64,000 nt of DNA from Felis catus (lineage: Eukaryota). The stretch lies in contig NC_058368.1 in assembly GCF_018350175.1 (NCBI RefSeq), positions 40,550,001-40,614,000 on the forward strand, written 5' to 3'. Below the pieces are notes generated by a model. It made no database searches. It worked only from the letters and a program-made list of their open reading frames with translations, and was not told the DNA's origin. This document shows, in pieces, positions 1 through 13,708 of the stretch (positions are counted from its first letter, which is position 1; every line of letters begins with the position of its first letter). Made by a program: the position numbers and the translations under genes.

Positions 1-3000
1 AAATAATGCTGTGTGATTCTTCTAAAATGTTAATTTGACCATGACACTCTTTTGCTTAAAATACACTAATAACTTTGGGAATAAATTTTGAATACCTTAT
101 CTTAGCAATTAATGGTTTTCAGAGTCTGGTCTTTAGCTACATTTTGCCCTGTTCTTCTACACTGCACTTCAGTGATAGGCAACTGCTGAACTCCCAACCT
201 TCATTAGGATATTTTATATTATCAAGAATTTGTCATTCTGTTTTCTCTGCTCTGAATGATTTTCTATCCTATGTAAATAGCTGTCTCCTTCTGATACTTC
301 ATGACTGAGTTCCAAAAAACTGTTTCTGTGAACTTTTCCCTGACCTCTCAATAGGGTAGCATATTTATTGTATGTTACCATAACAACTTGTGTGCATAAT
401 TCTTTACATTATTCAACTTTTATGCCTGCTGTCCAGCACAGTACTCAGAATATAGAAAGCACAAAATAAATGCATGTTGAATACATAACAATAGGGATGA
501 ACTGTTTACTTCCTTGATTTATTCTTATCTTTTGTGTGTGTCATAGATGCTTCTATTTTAAAAAGCAGTTTACAGATCCTGCTTTCATACACCTGTCATT
601 CAGATTTATTCATATGGGAATATATTTGCCAATCTGTGTTGAAGGTAAATACAGAATAAAACAAATGACGCTGCAAGTATGAAAATACACATTTTGCAAT
701 TTTGACTACTTTCAGACATACTTCATAGCTTTCCTTTTCTGTTATAAAAAATATTTCTATCTTTGTACAATGTCAAAATGTTTATTGTTTCTAAAAGCAT
801 AGTACATCTTCCTAATAAGCAAATTATTCTTTACTGTGCACATATTTTAAATCGGTTTCAAGTGTGTGCGAAAGAAATAGTTATGCTAAAACACTACTTT
901 TAAGAATATATTCATATTTCATATTTAGTATCAAAGGCCAATAAGGAAGAAGCTTATTATGTGACTTATGACCACATGTCTCCAGTCTTAATAAGACAAA
1001 TGATGTACACATGAGGGAAATATTTTTTTCTTTTACTGTCAATTACTATCCTTGATCTAAAAATATAAGTTATGAAGAGAAAGCTTAAATTTTGATGGCT
1101 TAGATTTGTCCTCTAAATATTAACATGACAACTTATTACACCAAAATTAATTTCAAATAAATGCTTAAAACTATTGTGGAGAAAACATAATCTTACTAAG
1201 TCTATGAGGACTAATCCTTAACATATTTTCATCAATTTAGTATATATCCTATTCTCAATGTTACTATAGATCACACAATTAATACATCCTTACCCTGAAG
1301 AGCTTTATATTTGCATTTTCTTATTAATAATCAGGGTCTATTCTTTTCATCATATTTCTTAGTGATAAGCATACATTCTCAAATTTGTATATGGTGGAAA
1401 ATAAGGTTGATTAGAATCTATAATCGTTTTCTATATGAAAATCAAATTTCATATTTATAAAATAAATATCATGAACAAAAGTACTTAAGTCATTATGCAG
1501 TTTCAACATGACAAGTGAAAATTGATAGAATTCAGGAGCGAAATATAATTTATACATGACATGAAAAAAATAGAAAGGTCAAAGTAGAATAGCAATTTGC
1601 TTTCAACACAGTAAAGAAAAAAATGTAATATTGTAGAAGAAAATTATCGTTTTATAGTCATGAAAAAAATGACCTTTGTGACATTTCAAAGATTTGACAC
1701 TAATCTTCCTGAATCATTCTTCATTAGTCAAAAGCATACAAATGTGCTTCATCTGGGCTTTAGTAACATTCTTTAAAAATGCACTTGAGCATATGGACAC
1801 CAAAAAGTTTAAAGTAGTAGTCAATAGAATTGTGAAGAATGAAAAATAGGAGTTAGCATAGAATTAAAAAAAAATTAAAATATTGTGTGTGGGTTTTTGG
1901 TTTGTGTGTTTCTTGTAAATATGAGCTTTCACCATAGCTACTCTCCATTTTCATGTAAACAAACAATACAGAATTAAAGAAGGAAATAATTTGGCTGGAC
2001 ATCATACAGATTGTTATTTTCATTTCTACATTATAAAAATGTTAGAAAAGAAGAAGAGAAGTTATCAAAGATCTGTTTCTGATAACCTGCAGGGAAAATA
2101 CAGATATTTCTTTTGGATGACCTTCCTTATTTAAAAGAGAGACCTATCTTTCATTAAAAAACACATACAAATTGATTTTCAGTCATGTGTTGACAAGTCT
2201 TTTAGGCTATAGAAATAAAAAGACATGGTTTCTGATGTTAAGATGATTACGATTTATTGAAATATTACAATACAGGATAATAGTTGGTTTAATGACCATG
2301 TGTCTAAAAATGTCTTGAAAGAACAGAAGCCTCTAAATCTCATTGAACTCTTTAGAAAAGGCCTTGCAAATGGAAAAGGCCTTGCAAACGAGATGAAGCT
2401 TCAGCCAACTTTAAAGAAGCACAGAAATGATCTATGAGAAAGGAAATCGTTGTGGAGCAAGTGACTACTGCTACATGCAAAATTAACAGTTGGTTTTGGC
2501 ACGTTTAAAGATTGTTTGCAGTATTTTATTATGGTGGCACTCGGAATGCAAATGACAGGTAGTAATAAAGAGGCTGGAAAGCTTGAATTGGGCCACATCT
2601 GGAATAGGCAGTTACACAATTCAGGACACTTTGGATTTTATCCAATAATGTTTAGGAGCCATTAGCTTGTTTTAGACCATGATATTACATGGAAGTTTTT
2701 GCCATCCAGAAACATAACTTTGACCTTGGGACACATGAAATGAAAAGGATGTAGGGGCAGAGGAACAATGAAGAAGCTATTGTAGTAAAACTAGTGAAGG
2801 AATTAACTGATGGTTGAATCTAAGACAACAGGGTCAGAAATAAAAATAGAAGAGGGCACTAGGGAGAGTTAAGAAGTAGATTTTACCACTTTACTAAAAA
2901 GATTACTAAAAGATAAAAGTTATATTAAAATACTATAATATAGAGACTATCTTCTAAATTATCTATAGTGTCTAGATTACATGCTATAATTGGAGAAGGG

Positions 3001-3037
3001 ACTATGATTGGAAAATATGGAAGACTGGGGGTGGCAA

Positions 3038-3667
3038 TGTTAAACTGCAACAACCCTAAGATGTTAGAACACAATGACTGTTAAATTCCTGCACCCTTTT
3101 GTGTTCTGGGAAAATGGCTTACTGCAAAGAACCACCAATTTCTCTGCGGTTTAAATAAGACTAATGGATGTCCCCTGCCCTGCCCTTTATTTACTTATGA
3201 CAAGATCAGATACAGGCCCTTCAAATTCCCATTCTTTGCCTCATAAATTGTTAACTGAACTTTTTGTCTTTACCGATCCATTGGGAAAAATTGTTCACTA
3301 ATGATTTGACCAAACTTTAGTCAGACTTCTCTTCTTCCAGGCCCCTCAACTTTGGCCCACACTCAGTCTGAGCAAAGAGGAAACGTAGAACATGGCCCCT
3401 TTCTAGAAGAGGCAGACACAAAGAAAGACATCTGTTGATCTTTGTCTGAGACAGGTTCTTTCTAGCCTTGTTTACTGCTCCCTATAAAAGAAGAACCCTG
3501 GGGCACCTGGGTGGCTCAGTTGGTTTAGCATCGACTTCGGCTCAGGTCATTATTTCACAGTTTGTGGTTTCAAGCCCCACGATGGGCTCTGTACTGACAG
3601 CTCAGAGCCTGGAGCCTGCTTCAGATTCTGTGTCTACCTCTCTCTATGTCCCTTGCCTGCTACCCTG

Positions 3668-3706
<39 letters not shown>

Positions 3707-3879
3707 AATAAACAATAAATAATTAAAAAAAAAAGAACGTTTCCTGCTTGACCTTTGAGATAATTGTAGAACTCATGGTCAGATTGCATAGCATCTCTCT
3801 CCTTTTTGCAATAATCCTGCAATCTTGCAATAGTAAGGTCTCTCCTTACCTAAGTCTGGATTTTTTTTTTTTTTTGACA
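3038..3879 (+). mobile_element. Probable solo LTR (ERV1-like) interrupted by a SINE
   Basis: TGT...TTTGACA ends, TATAAAA box at ~3483 and LTR-like composition. No TSD found. Confidence 0.5.
3499..3733 (+). mobile_element. CanSINE (SINEC_Fc-type)
   Basis: GGGGCACCTGGGTGGCTCAG head, tRNA-like A/B boxes, (CT)n tract and A-rich tail. Confidence 0.92.
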
Positions 3880-5912
3880 TAAGAAAAATAGAGAATTCTT
3901 ATTGGGGAATTTATGTCTATAAATTAACTTTATGTATAATTTATTCCCCATTAGGAGTATCATTATTAACATCTTAAGTTAACATTATGGAGATAGGGAA
4001 AGCAAAGAAACACTCATCTATACATATGGTTTTAATTGTACTATATTAGATACAATTGAATATATGGACAATCATTTTAAATGTCAGTGTAAACATATAT
4101 GGCCAAAGAACCTAACAAGATTATTTCTTGGACATTCCCAGTTGTTTCTGAGTCATCTCCTGATTTAGATTCAGATTCAAATGGTAGAAACAGATTCAAC
4201 AAGGTGATAATTCTCTTTTCTTCCCTGGGGCAAAATCCAGTTAGCCTGGCCTGACTACCTAACCAGGTGTGAATCCTCACTGAGGTGCAAATTCATTTCT
4301 GTACAGTAGAATGGCTACCAACTCACCCCTGGGTAAGCAGCAACTGATCAAGAGTAAACTGTTTGAATTCAGGTTTTAAAACACATAATTTAAAAATTTT
4401 CAGAAATAAAGAAATATTGCTGGCATAACTTGCAGGTTATGTTTTCTATGGGAAATATGTGTTTTATTATGACTTGACCTAAGAGGAGGTGTGACCATGC
4501 AATATGGAGGTACTTGAATATTGTGGTCTGTCAGACCCCTCGGTTTCAATGAAATCCTCTAAAATATCATAGCTGAAGCAGTTTCACTCCTCCATTATAG
4601 AGTTTTCCCTTTAAATTGTTACCTTCCTAGGGATTACTTTTACACGAAGTGATTGCAAAGGAATATTTCATTATTGGACAATATATATATTTTGACACTT
4701 CAAATGGTTTTCACTGGCTTCTAAGGGGCCTCTTGCCATAAAATCTGTCTTGTTTGGAGTGATAAGCATCTGTGAACTCTATGTCATTGTTTGGTACACT
4801 ACTTTATTGCACATAATTGTCAACATATATGATGAAGTAGCTTTGAAAGTACAGAGGTCCATCATGTTTCATTGTGCGGTACAAGAATATGGCAGCTGCA
4901 ATGTAGAGATGTAGGGGAAGGTCACTAGTATCTTTAGAATGGAATCATAAAGTGGTTAATTATTACAATTATTTAATATGTAGAATTCGTAATAGTTTTT
5001 GTTTAACAGCTCCCAAAACTGGAAATAAAAAGATTAAAACTGTTTAAGTGACTCATGTTCTCAATAATTGTGTATTCTAAAATATTTCCCATGGTTAAGT
5101 AAAAAGTATTTTCCTACTAAAATGAATTTCAAATTTTCACCTGAACTCATATTAATGAAATGACTTTGAATTCAGCATCTATTAAAAGATTAGCTTAGAA
5201 AATTGTCTAAAAATTGGAATATAGATATTGTTCCTTTTAAATGAAGGCACTAAGAAAGAGTTGCCAATAGTTATATAGTCCTGAGCTTTTTATCTTCTCA
5301 TTCAACATGCAGTTAGTTTCTTTCAATAATTGTACCAGATCTCATCAGCAACATCATATAATTGGTGACATAATGATAATTAATCCTTTTTAAGTTATGT
5401 GTGTTAGAAAATGTATTACACAGCTGTGTGAGAAATAGTTTCAGCAGAGAAAAATCTCTAGTTTATGTGAGAAATAAAGCAGCTAAAAGCTAAAAACTTG
5501 ATCTGCTGGAGGTGGATATTAAAAGATGAAACAGTAAAAATAACAGCAGGAAGAATAGGAACCAAAGACTAACTCCAATTCACAAGATCTAGCAGGTTTA
5601 TTCTGTTAAATGATCACAGATGTCCATTTTTGGCACTTGGGTCAGTGTTTATGAAAATCCTTCTCATAAATCCAGAAGTTATTTTTCACTCTTAGGGGCT
5701 ATATTTGATAAAAAATATTAATAATAACTATGTAATAAAAGACATTAAGGCATGAGATGTAATGGACAGTCTTGAAAGTGATGATCATACTTAATTCTCA
5801 TAGGATCACATTAGGTAAAATATTAACATTTTCTGCATTTTGCAGATGAAGAGTCAAGACTCAACTAGGTTAAACAAATTTTCCAAGTTAATAAGTTAAT
5901 AAATATAGGAAC

Positions 5913-6365
5913 TGTTGACCTTAAAAATAAAACTGGCAGTTATTGTACCAGTAAAAATGGGTTTACTCAGGAGAAGCATAGAATTGTGATCTAGGATAAT
6001 CAAGCTATGGGGAAAAAACCATAGGCAAATCTGCAAAACAAAGGAGAGGAACATTCTTTTATAGAGGAAAAGGGAAAGTTGGGAAGACTGTTATAAACAA
6101 ATAAGTCCATTGGAGTGAACTGGGAGTTCCTAGTATGGTTACTTCTCATTGGCTGAGTTGTGATGGTCTCTTATAGGCTAGGCAATCACTAGGGGAGGAG
6201 GAAAGCCTTTCTTTCTCCTGCAGGGGTGACAAAGTAGTACGGATGTGGAAGGTCCATCTCTTCGTATTGGATATACAATTGACAATGCGTGGCTGGACAT
6301 GAGAGATCCCCCTGCTGAACCTCTGACCTCTGTTTTAGTGAGGTTTCCTTTTATTAATTTTCACA
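5913..6365 (-). mobile_element. Solo LTR, ERV1-like
   Basis: TG...CA termini with 4-bp TSD GAAC at 5909-5912 and 6366-6369. CCAAT-like motifs (ATTGG on +) and a TATA-like motif suggest minus orientation. Confidence 0.7.
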
Positions 6366-7975
6366 GAACCAAGGTTGAGCAAAGTTATCATGACTATTAT
6401 TGCAGACTTCTATCAACTACACTGTGGCTCTTTTTGCTAGAGTGCAGAAATCCAATACCCATGCTTATCATGCATATCCACTTTATATGGAGAAAATACC
6501 TACTCTTTAAGTTAGAAATTTTAAAATGAAATTTTCTATTTGTCAGAGTAATCAATTGGTTTGGAACTGGTGTACCCTTGAGAAAGTTTTATGGGTATAA
6601 TAAGCTTATTATAAAGTTTGATAAGGAAATATTTTGAAAAAATAAAAAATGAAGACTTTTCCTATTAGATACTAAACCATTAGAGATATCTAAGGTAAGT
6701 AATATACTGTGGTAATAGTTTATCCTAGAAATTGGTCCCATAGATTGATCAAAAGAGTACTGTAAGATCTTAGAAATTACTTATATATAGTTGAGTCTTT
6801 TTGGAAGGTGTTTTGTCAGGGTATATCAAAACTTAAACATTATCTTGATCTCAGAACACTCTTCAGAAATACACAAGTAGGCAAGTATAAATATAACTGT
6901 ACACATCACTGCAGTAATTTCAAGAGAGAGAAACTAAGGGCTTTTTAAATGTCTGTCATCTGAGGAATCTTTAAATCATAATAATCCCAGGCTATGAAAA
7001 ATACATAATATTTATCAACATGAGATATATATGTGTATTGTGAAATAGAGTGTTCATGGTATATTATAAGTGAAAAGATAATGCATAGTATTGAGTGCAT
7101 TGTCTTCTAATTAACTGTGTCTCTGTTTATACTTCAGACATTGCAAAAGGTCCAAAAAATTGTACTAAATTGTCAACAGTATTTCTTTGAGGCCCTGGAG
7201 TGTAATATTAGTCAGGCGAGGGAAACCCTGTTACTTTATGTACTTCAATAATTTTAATTTTTTGTAACCATACATTAATTTTAAACAATTCAAATTAAAA
7301 GCTGTTAATATTTTTCTGTATCTTATATTCCTGATGATTTTTTTATTATAAAATCTATATTTTTTCCTTAATATTATTCCCTTCAGTATCTAGGAAAATA
7401 TTTATCATATCATTGGGAATATAAAGAATTCTAAATAAATGTTCTTTGAACTCTCTAGCAGTGATGACCTTGCAGCTTTTGCACGCTTCAAGACAGTTTA
7501 CAGTGATACTATTTTATCACAATTTACTCCCTCCCCTTTAAAAGAACAATGAGGGCCTTGGAGCTAATTGTTATTTCAGGAATTGACATTTGTAGTACTC
7601 AGTAAACATTTCCTACTTCTAGACTTGTTAAAACGTATCTCCATGGCTTCAGATAAGCTGTAATTACACCTCATATTATAGTATATACACCTTTATATTT
7701 TACTGAATAATAAAATTTCACATATCTATAATTAGATACATATACATAAATAGGTGAATAGGTAATAAATACTCATTAACTCTGCTTCCACAGCAATATG
7801 TAAAATCAGTGTCATTACTTTATAGCCATACTTCTTAAACTATCATGTAGAGTTGGAATGTAGCCTCTATTTGTACTTCATTTATATTGTATAAATTACA
7901 TAATTATTTACATAGTTCATAATATGTCTAAGATATCATCCCCTAGTCAACTCACAAATAGATTACCTGTGTCCT

Positions 7976-10641
7976 GTTGTGGTATATACAATGGAATACT
8001 ACTTGGCAATGAGAAGGAATGAAATCATGCCATTTGTAGCAACGTGGATGGAACTGGAAGGTATTATGCTTAGTGAAGTAAGTCAGTCAGAGAAGGAGAG
8101 ATATCATGTGTTTTCACTCTTATGTGGATCTTGAGAAACTTAACAGAAGTCCATGGGGGAAGGGAAGGGAGGAAAATAGTTACAAACAGAGAGGGAGGGA
8201 GACAAACCACAAGCAACACCTAAATACAGAGAACAAAATTCAGCACCCTTTCTTAATAAAAACCCTTGAGAAAGTCGGGATAGAAGGAACATACTTAAAC
8301 ATCATAAAAGCCATTTATGAAAAGCCCCACATCTAACATCATCCTCAATGGGGAAAAACTGAGAGCTTTTTCCCTGAGATCAGGAACATGACAGGGATGC
8401 CCACTCTCACTGCTGTTGTTTAACATAGTGTTGGAAGTTCTAGCATCACCAATCAGACAACAAAAGGAAATCAAAGGCATCAAAATTGGCAAAGATGAAG
8501 TCAAGCTTTCACTTTTTGCAGATGACATGATACTATACATGGAAAATCCGATACACTCTACCAACAGTCTGCCAGAACTGATACATGAATTCAGAAAAGT
8601 TGCAGGATACAAAATCAATGTACAGAAATCAGTTGCATTCTTACACACTAACAATGAAGCAACAGAAAGACAAAGAAACTGATCCCATTCACAATTGCAC
8701 CAAGAAGCATAAAATACCTAGGAGTAAATCTAACCAAAGATGTAAAAGATCTGTATGCTGAAAACTATAGAAAGCTTATGAAGGTAATTGAAGAAGATAT
8801 AAAGAAATGGAAAGACATTCCCTGCTCATGGATTGGAAGAATAAATATTGTCAAAATGTCAATACTTCGCAAAGCTATCTACACATTCAATGCAATCCCA
8901 ATCAAAATTGCACCAGCATTCTTCTCGAAACTAGAACAAGCAATCCTAAAATTCATATGGAACCACATAAGGCCCCAAATAGCCAAAGTAATTTTGAAGA
9001 AGAAGACCAAAGCAGGAGGCATCACAATCCCAGACTTTAGTCTCTACTACAAAGCTGTCATCATCAAGACAGCATGGTATTGGCACAAAAACAGACACAT
9101 AGACCAATGGAATAGAATAGAAACCCCAGAACTAGACCCACAAACGTATGGCCACTAATCTTTGACAAAGCAGGAAAGAACATCCAATGGAAAAAAGACA
9201 GTCTCTTTAACAAATGGTGCTGGGAGAACTGGGCAGCAACATGCAGAAGGTTGAAACTAGACCACTTTCTCACACCATTCACAAAAATAACCTCAAAATG
9301 GATAAAGGACCTGAATGTGAGACAGGAAACCATCAAAACCCTAGAGGAGAAAGGAGGAAAAGACGTCTCTGACCTCAGCCATAGCAATCTCTTACTCGAC
9401 ACATCCCCAAAGGCAAGGGAATTAAAAGCAAAAATGAATTACTGGGACCTTATGAAGATAAAAAGCTTCTGCACAGCAAAGGAAACAACCAACAAAACTA
9501 AAAGGCAACCGACGGAATAGGAAAAGATATTTGCAAATGACATATCGGACAAAGGGCTAGTATCCAAAATCTATAAAGAGCTCACCAAACTCCCAGTGAA
9601 GAAATGGGCAGAAAAACAAATAACCCAATGAAGAAATGGGCAGAAGACATGAATAGACACTTCTCTAAAGAAGACATCCGGATGGCCAATAGGCACATGA
9701 AAAGATGCTCAACGTCGCTCCTTATCAGGGAAATACAAATCAAAACCACACTCAGATATCACCTCACGCCAGTCAGAGTGGCCAAAATGAACAAATCACG
9801 AGACTATAGATGCTGGAGACGATGTGGAGAAACGGGAACCCTCTTGCACTGTTGGTGGGAATGCAAATTGGTGCAGCCGCTCTGGAAAGCAGTGTGGAGG
9901 TTCCTCAGAAAATTAAAAATAGACCTACCCTATGACCCAGCAATAGCACTGCTAGGAATTTACCCAAGGGATACAGGAGGGGCACTTGTACCCCAGTGTT
10001 TATAGCAGCACTCTCAACAATAGCCAAATTATGGAAAGAGCCTAAATGTCCATCAACTGATGAATGGATAAAGAAATTGTGGTTTATATACACAATGGAG
10101 TACTACATGGCAATGAGAAAGAACGAAATATGGCCCTTTGTAGCAATGTGGATGGAAGTGGAGAGTGTGATGCTAAGTGAAATAAGCCATACAGAGAAAG
10201 ACAGATACCATATGTTTTCACTCTTATGTGGATCCTAAGAAACTTACCAGAAACCCATGGGGGAGGGGAAGGAAAAAAAAAAAAAGATGTTAGAGTGGGA
10301 GAGAGCCAAAGCATAAGAGACTCTTAAAAACTGAGAACAAACTGAGGGTTGATGGGGGGTGGGTGATGGTTATTGAGGAGGGCACCTTTTGGGATGAGCA
10401 CTGGGTGTTGTATGGAAACCAATTTGACAATAAATTTCATATATTGGAAAAAAAAGAAAAATAAAAAATAAGTAAAAATAAGAAGAGAAGGGGAAAAAAT
10501 AAATACAGAGAACAAACTGAGGATGGATGGGGTGAGTGGGGGAGAGGGAAAATGGGTGATGGGCATTGAGGAAGGCACTTGTTGGGATGAGTACTGGGTG
10601 TTGTATGTAAGCCAATTTGACAATAAATTATAAAAAAAAAA
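7976..10641 (+). mobile_element. Older carnivore L1 3' end (7976-8237 and 10517-10641), split by the young L1
   Basis: ORF2 end and 3'UTR sequence continue seamlessly across the TSD (...AAATACAGAGAACAAA|CTGAGG...) and end in AATAAA plus an A-tail. Confidence 0.85.
8238..10499 (+). mobile_element. 5'-truncated young felid L1 (3' part of ORF2 plus 3'UTR), inactive
   Basis: Near-identical to the reverse complement of ~24455-26697, with FADD and Cys motifs and several stops/frameshifts. TSD TAAATACAGAGAACAAA at 8221-8237 and 10500-10516. Confidence 0.95.
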
Positions 10642-10947
10642 CTTTCAACATTGTATAATAGAAATTTTTCTGTTTACCATAACATAACAAGATTGCATTT
10701 GAAGATGTGTTAATACACAATAAGCCTTAAAAGCAGAGCTATGTATCAAAGTCTTGGGATGATTACTAATGGCTACTCAGTGTGCAAATAGGTATTGTTA
10801 CTTCAAAACTTATTGAATATAAGAATAATATATTTTGCTGGTTTGAAGAAAATATTCCCATGTTCAGAAGATGTCTCATGTGCCATTATTTACAACTTTG
10901 AAGTGAAATTTCAGACAGAGAAAGAGACGGAGATCATACATACATTT

Positions 10948-11295
10948 TTATCAGTTTAAGTTAGGTCATGCTGTTGTTATTATCAAACTCCAAATCTTAG
11001 CAGTATAACAGACTAAAGATTTATTTCTTAGCCAAGGCAATTCTGAGGTTAGCTGTACAGCGCTCATTCATCTTGAATCTCTGCCATCTGGAATCCATGG
11101 TCTTCAGGTTTTCAGCTGAGGAAGAGGCATAGAGGGGACAAATAAACTATTAACAGCCTCTGACCAGAAGTTGAAACATATCGTTAGGCCCATAGTTCAT
11201 TGGTCATCACAAGTCACATGATCATAGTCTTATTCTACGGGAGGCTGACAAATATAAACCTGGGTATTTGGTTAGCTTAACTGTGTTTGCCATAC
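10948..11295. mobile_element. Old MLT1-type LTR relic
   Basis: CCAAATCTTAGCAGTATAACA, ATTTATTTCTT and CATTGGTCATCACAAGTCACATG resemble old MLT1 consensus. Confidence 0.4.
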
Positions 11296-11589
11296 CATGA
11301 CACTAAATGAGGAAACTGTGATAAATAACCTTAACATCTAAATTATAAACAAAGATTGCCAAATGTTTCCATGAATTAGAAAATGAAACAAAACATAGAC
11401 AGTCCCTGTGTTAATAGAAGTTATAATTCCGTGGGCCAGATGGACAATTAGATAAGTAAATGCCATAAAGGTGAGGCACATATCATCAGAAGAGAAAAAC
11501 AAAACTAGAATCTATGTTAGCCTTTTCATTGCTCTTCCAGCCTCTTGTTTTTCTTTGCTTCTGCCTGTATTCTCTTTCTTTTTGCCTGA

Positions 11590-12101
11590 AAAACTCTACT
11601 CTTTCTAATATAGATGATAAATCTCTAGGGTTTACTTATTTTGCAAGTTTTTAATTTCAACGTCATTTTTATAACCACTATCACTGGATAGACAATTCTG
11701 TTAAAACAATTTTTCTCTCACATCTTTCAGTAGTTCATTTTTACATCTTCTGGTTTTCCTTGACTGTTGAAATGTTGGTTGTTAAGTCTTACTACTGTTT
11801 CTTTGCAAGTAATGTATGCTTTTTTTTTTTTTTTCTCTGCTTTCAGGCTTTCTACTTTCTTTGTTTTCAGTAGTTTTACTATAGTATGCATATGTGCACG
11901 CACCTTTTCCTTCTTTCTCCTTATTTTTTTTTTCCTTTTTTAAAAAATGAAAGGACATCTCCATGGCTCAGTCAGTTGAGCATCCGACTTGAGCTCAGGT
12001 CCCTATCTCGCTGTTCATGGGTTCGAGCCCACATTGGGCTCACTGCTGTCAGCACGGAGTCCTCTTTGGATCCTCTGTCCCCTTCTCTCTGCCCCTCCCC
12101 A

Positions 12102-12139
<38 letters not shown>

Positions 12140-13030
12140 AAAAGTAAAAAAGCATTTAAAAAAATGAAATAAAAATAAATAAAAATGGGTACTGTGTGGA
12201 GTTGGCAAGGCTCTTGAAATTTTGGTTTGGTATCTTTCGTCATGTTTTATAAACAGCTATCTTGTGAAACACTACTTTTGCCTTATCTCTCATTTCTCCT
12301 TTCAAGATTCAAATTACATATATGCTAGACTTTTGTGCTGAATAAATGCCACTAATAGTATGTTCTCTATTTTCCATTTTCATTTCTTTCCTTTAGATAT
12401 TTTCTATTTAACTGTCTTCCACTTATCACTCCTCTTTTTTTCATCAATAACCTGCTGTTAAACTAATCATTTGGGTTGTCGAATTCAGTTGTATATTTTA
12501 GTCTTAAGACTATCCATTTCATTCTTTTTCAGATTATTCTTTGATTAAAATCTCCACTTTTTCATTTATTATATCTCTTTTTTATTTTGTTAATCATGTT
12601 AATCATATTGTAAAACTCCTATTATCAATTAAATGCTTGATTTTCAAGTATTTAATCATGATTTTTCATATTCCTACTAATTTTTTATTGTATTATGTAC
12701 TCAAAAAACTTAAGAGGCTCTTGATTTCACACACTTTTCTGCAGTTGGTTTATTGTTTTTTCCAGGTAGAGTGGCAGATAAACACCTCAATCCAATCACA
12801 CTGTGAAGTGATTAGTGTTTTGACAGTTCAGATACCACAGTTTGCCAAGTCTCCCAGACTTCAGTTCTTTAAGATTTATAACTGACATGACAACGTTTGT
12901 GTGTTCTTCTCAACATTTGAAAACCAAGTAGAATTTTTGAGCTTTGATTTTCAGTCTTCTGCCCTAACACCTTCAGAATTTGGGAAATGTATTAGTGGGG
13001 AGATTGGCAGTACTGGTTTCCTCTGACCCT
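11590..13030 (-). mobile_element. Old L1M internal fragment (T-rich)
   Basis: Strong T skew and L1-like phrases (CAAATTACATATATGCTAGAC); highly degraded. Confidence 0.4.
11952..12185 (+). mobile_element. CanSINE (diverged)
   Basis: TGGCTCAGTCAGTTGAGCATCCGACT, GGTTCGAGCCC, (CT)n tract and A-tail. Confidence 0.88.
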
Positions 13031-13708
13031 TTATCTCCTTTTCTCACCAGGAATGTGACATTCTTGTTATCTGTTTATCTACCTACCTACTTGCCTATCT
13101 ATCTACCTATTACCTATTTATCATCTATCATTTTAGCCCTGTGAGACCACCCAAAGTTTATCTAGTTTGTATGCACTATGAGATTGCTCTTCTGTCTGTG
13201 ACACTTTACCTAAGTCTTCACAATTTTTGCCCCTTACACAAAATTAACAAATGCCCAGAGGGGAATAGGGAGACAGAGAGAGAAAATCATACTCTATTTA
13301 TCTTTCTCTGGATTATCTCACTTAGCATGTGCCTTCAAGTTCTGTCCATGTTATTGCAGATGGAAGGATATCATTCTTTCTCATGGCTGAATAATCTTCC
13401 ATTGTTTGTAATATACCGCATCTTTTTATCTGTTCATCCAGTGGCGGGCACTTACTTTGTTCTGGTATCTTGGCTATTGTGAATGATGCTGTAATAAACG
13501 TAGGCATGCAGATATCTTTTCAATATCCTGTTTTCACTCACTTCAGATATATGCCCAGGGGAGAGATTGCTAGATCATATTGTAGTTCTATTTTTAATTT
13601 CTTGAGGATCCCCCTACTGTTTTCCATAGGATGTATCCATTTATGTTCTCACCAAAAGGGCACAAGAGTTTCCTTTTCTCCACATTCTTGCCAAAATTTA
13701 TCTCTTGT

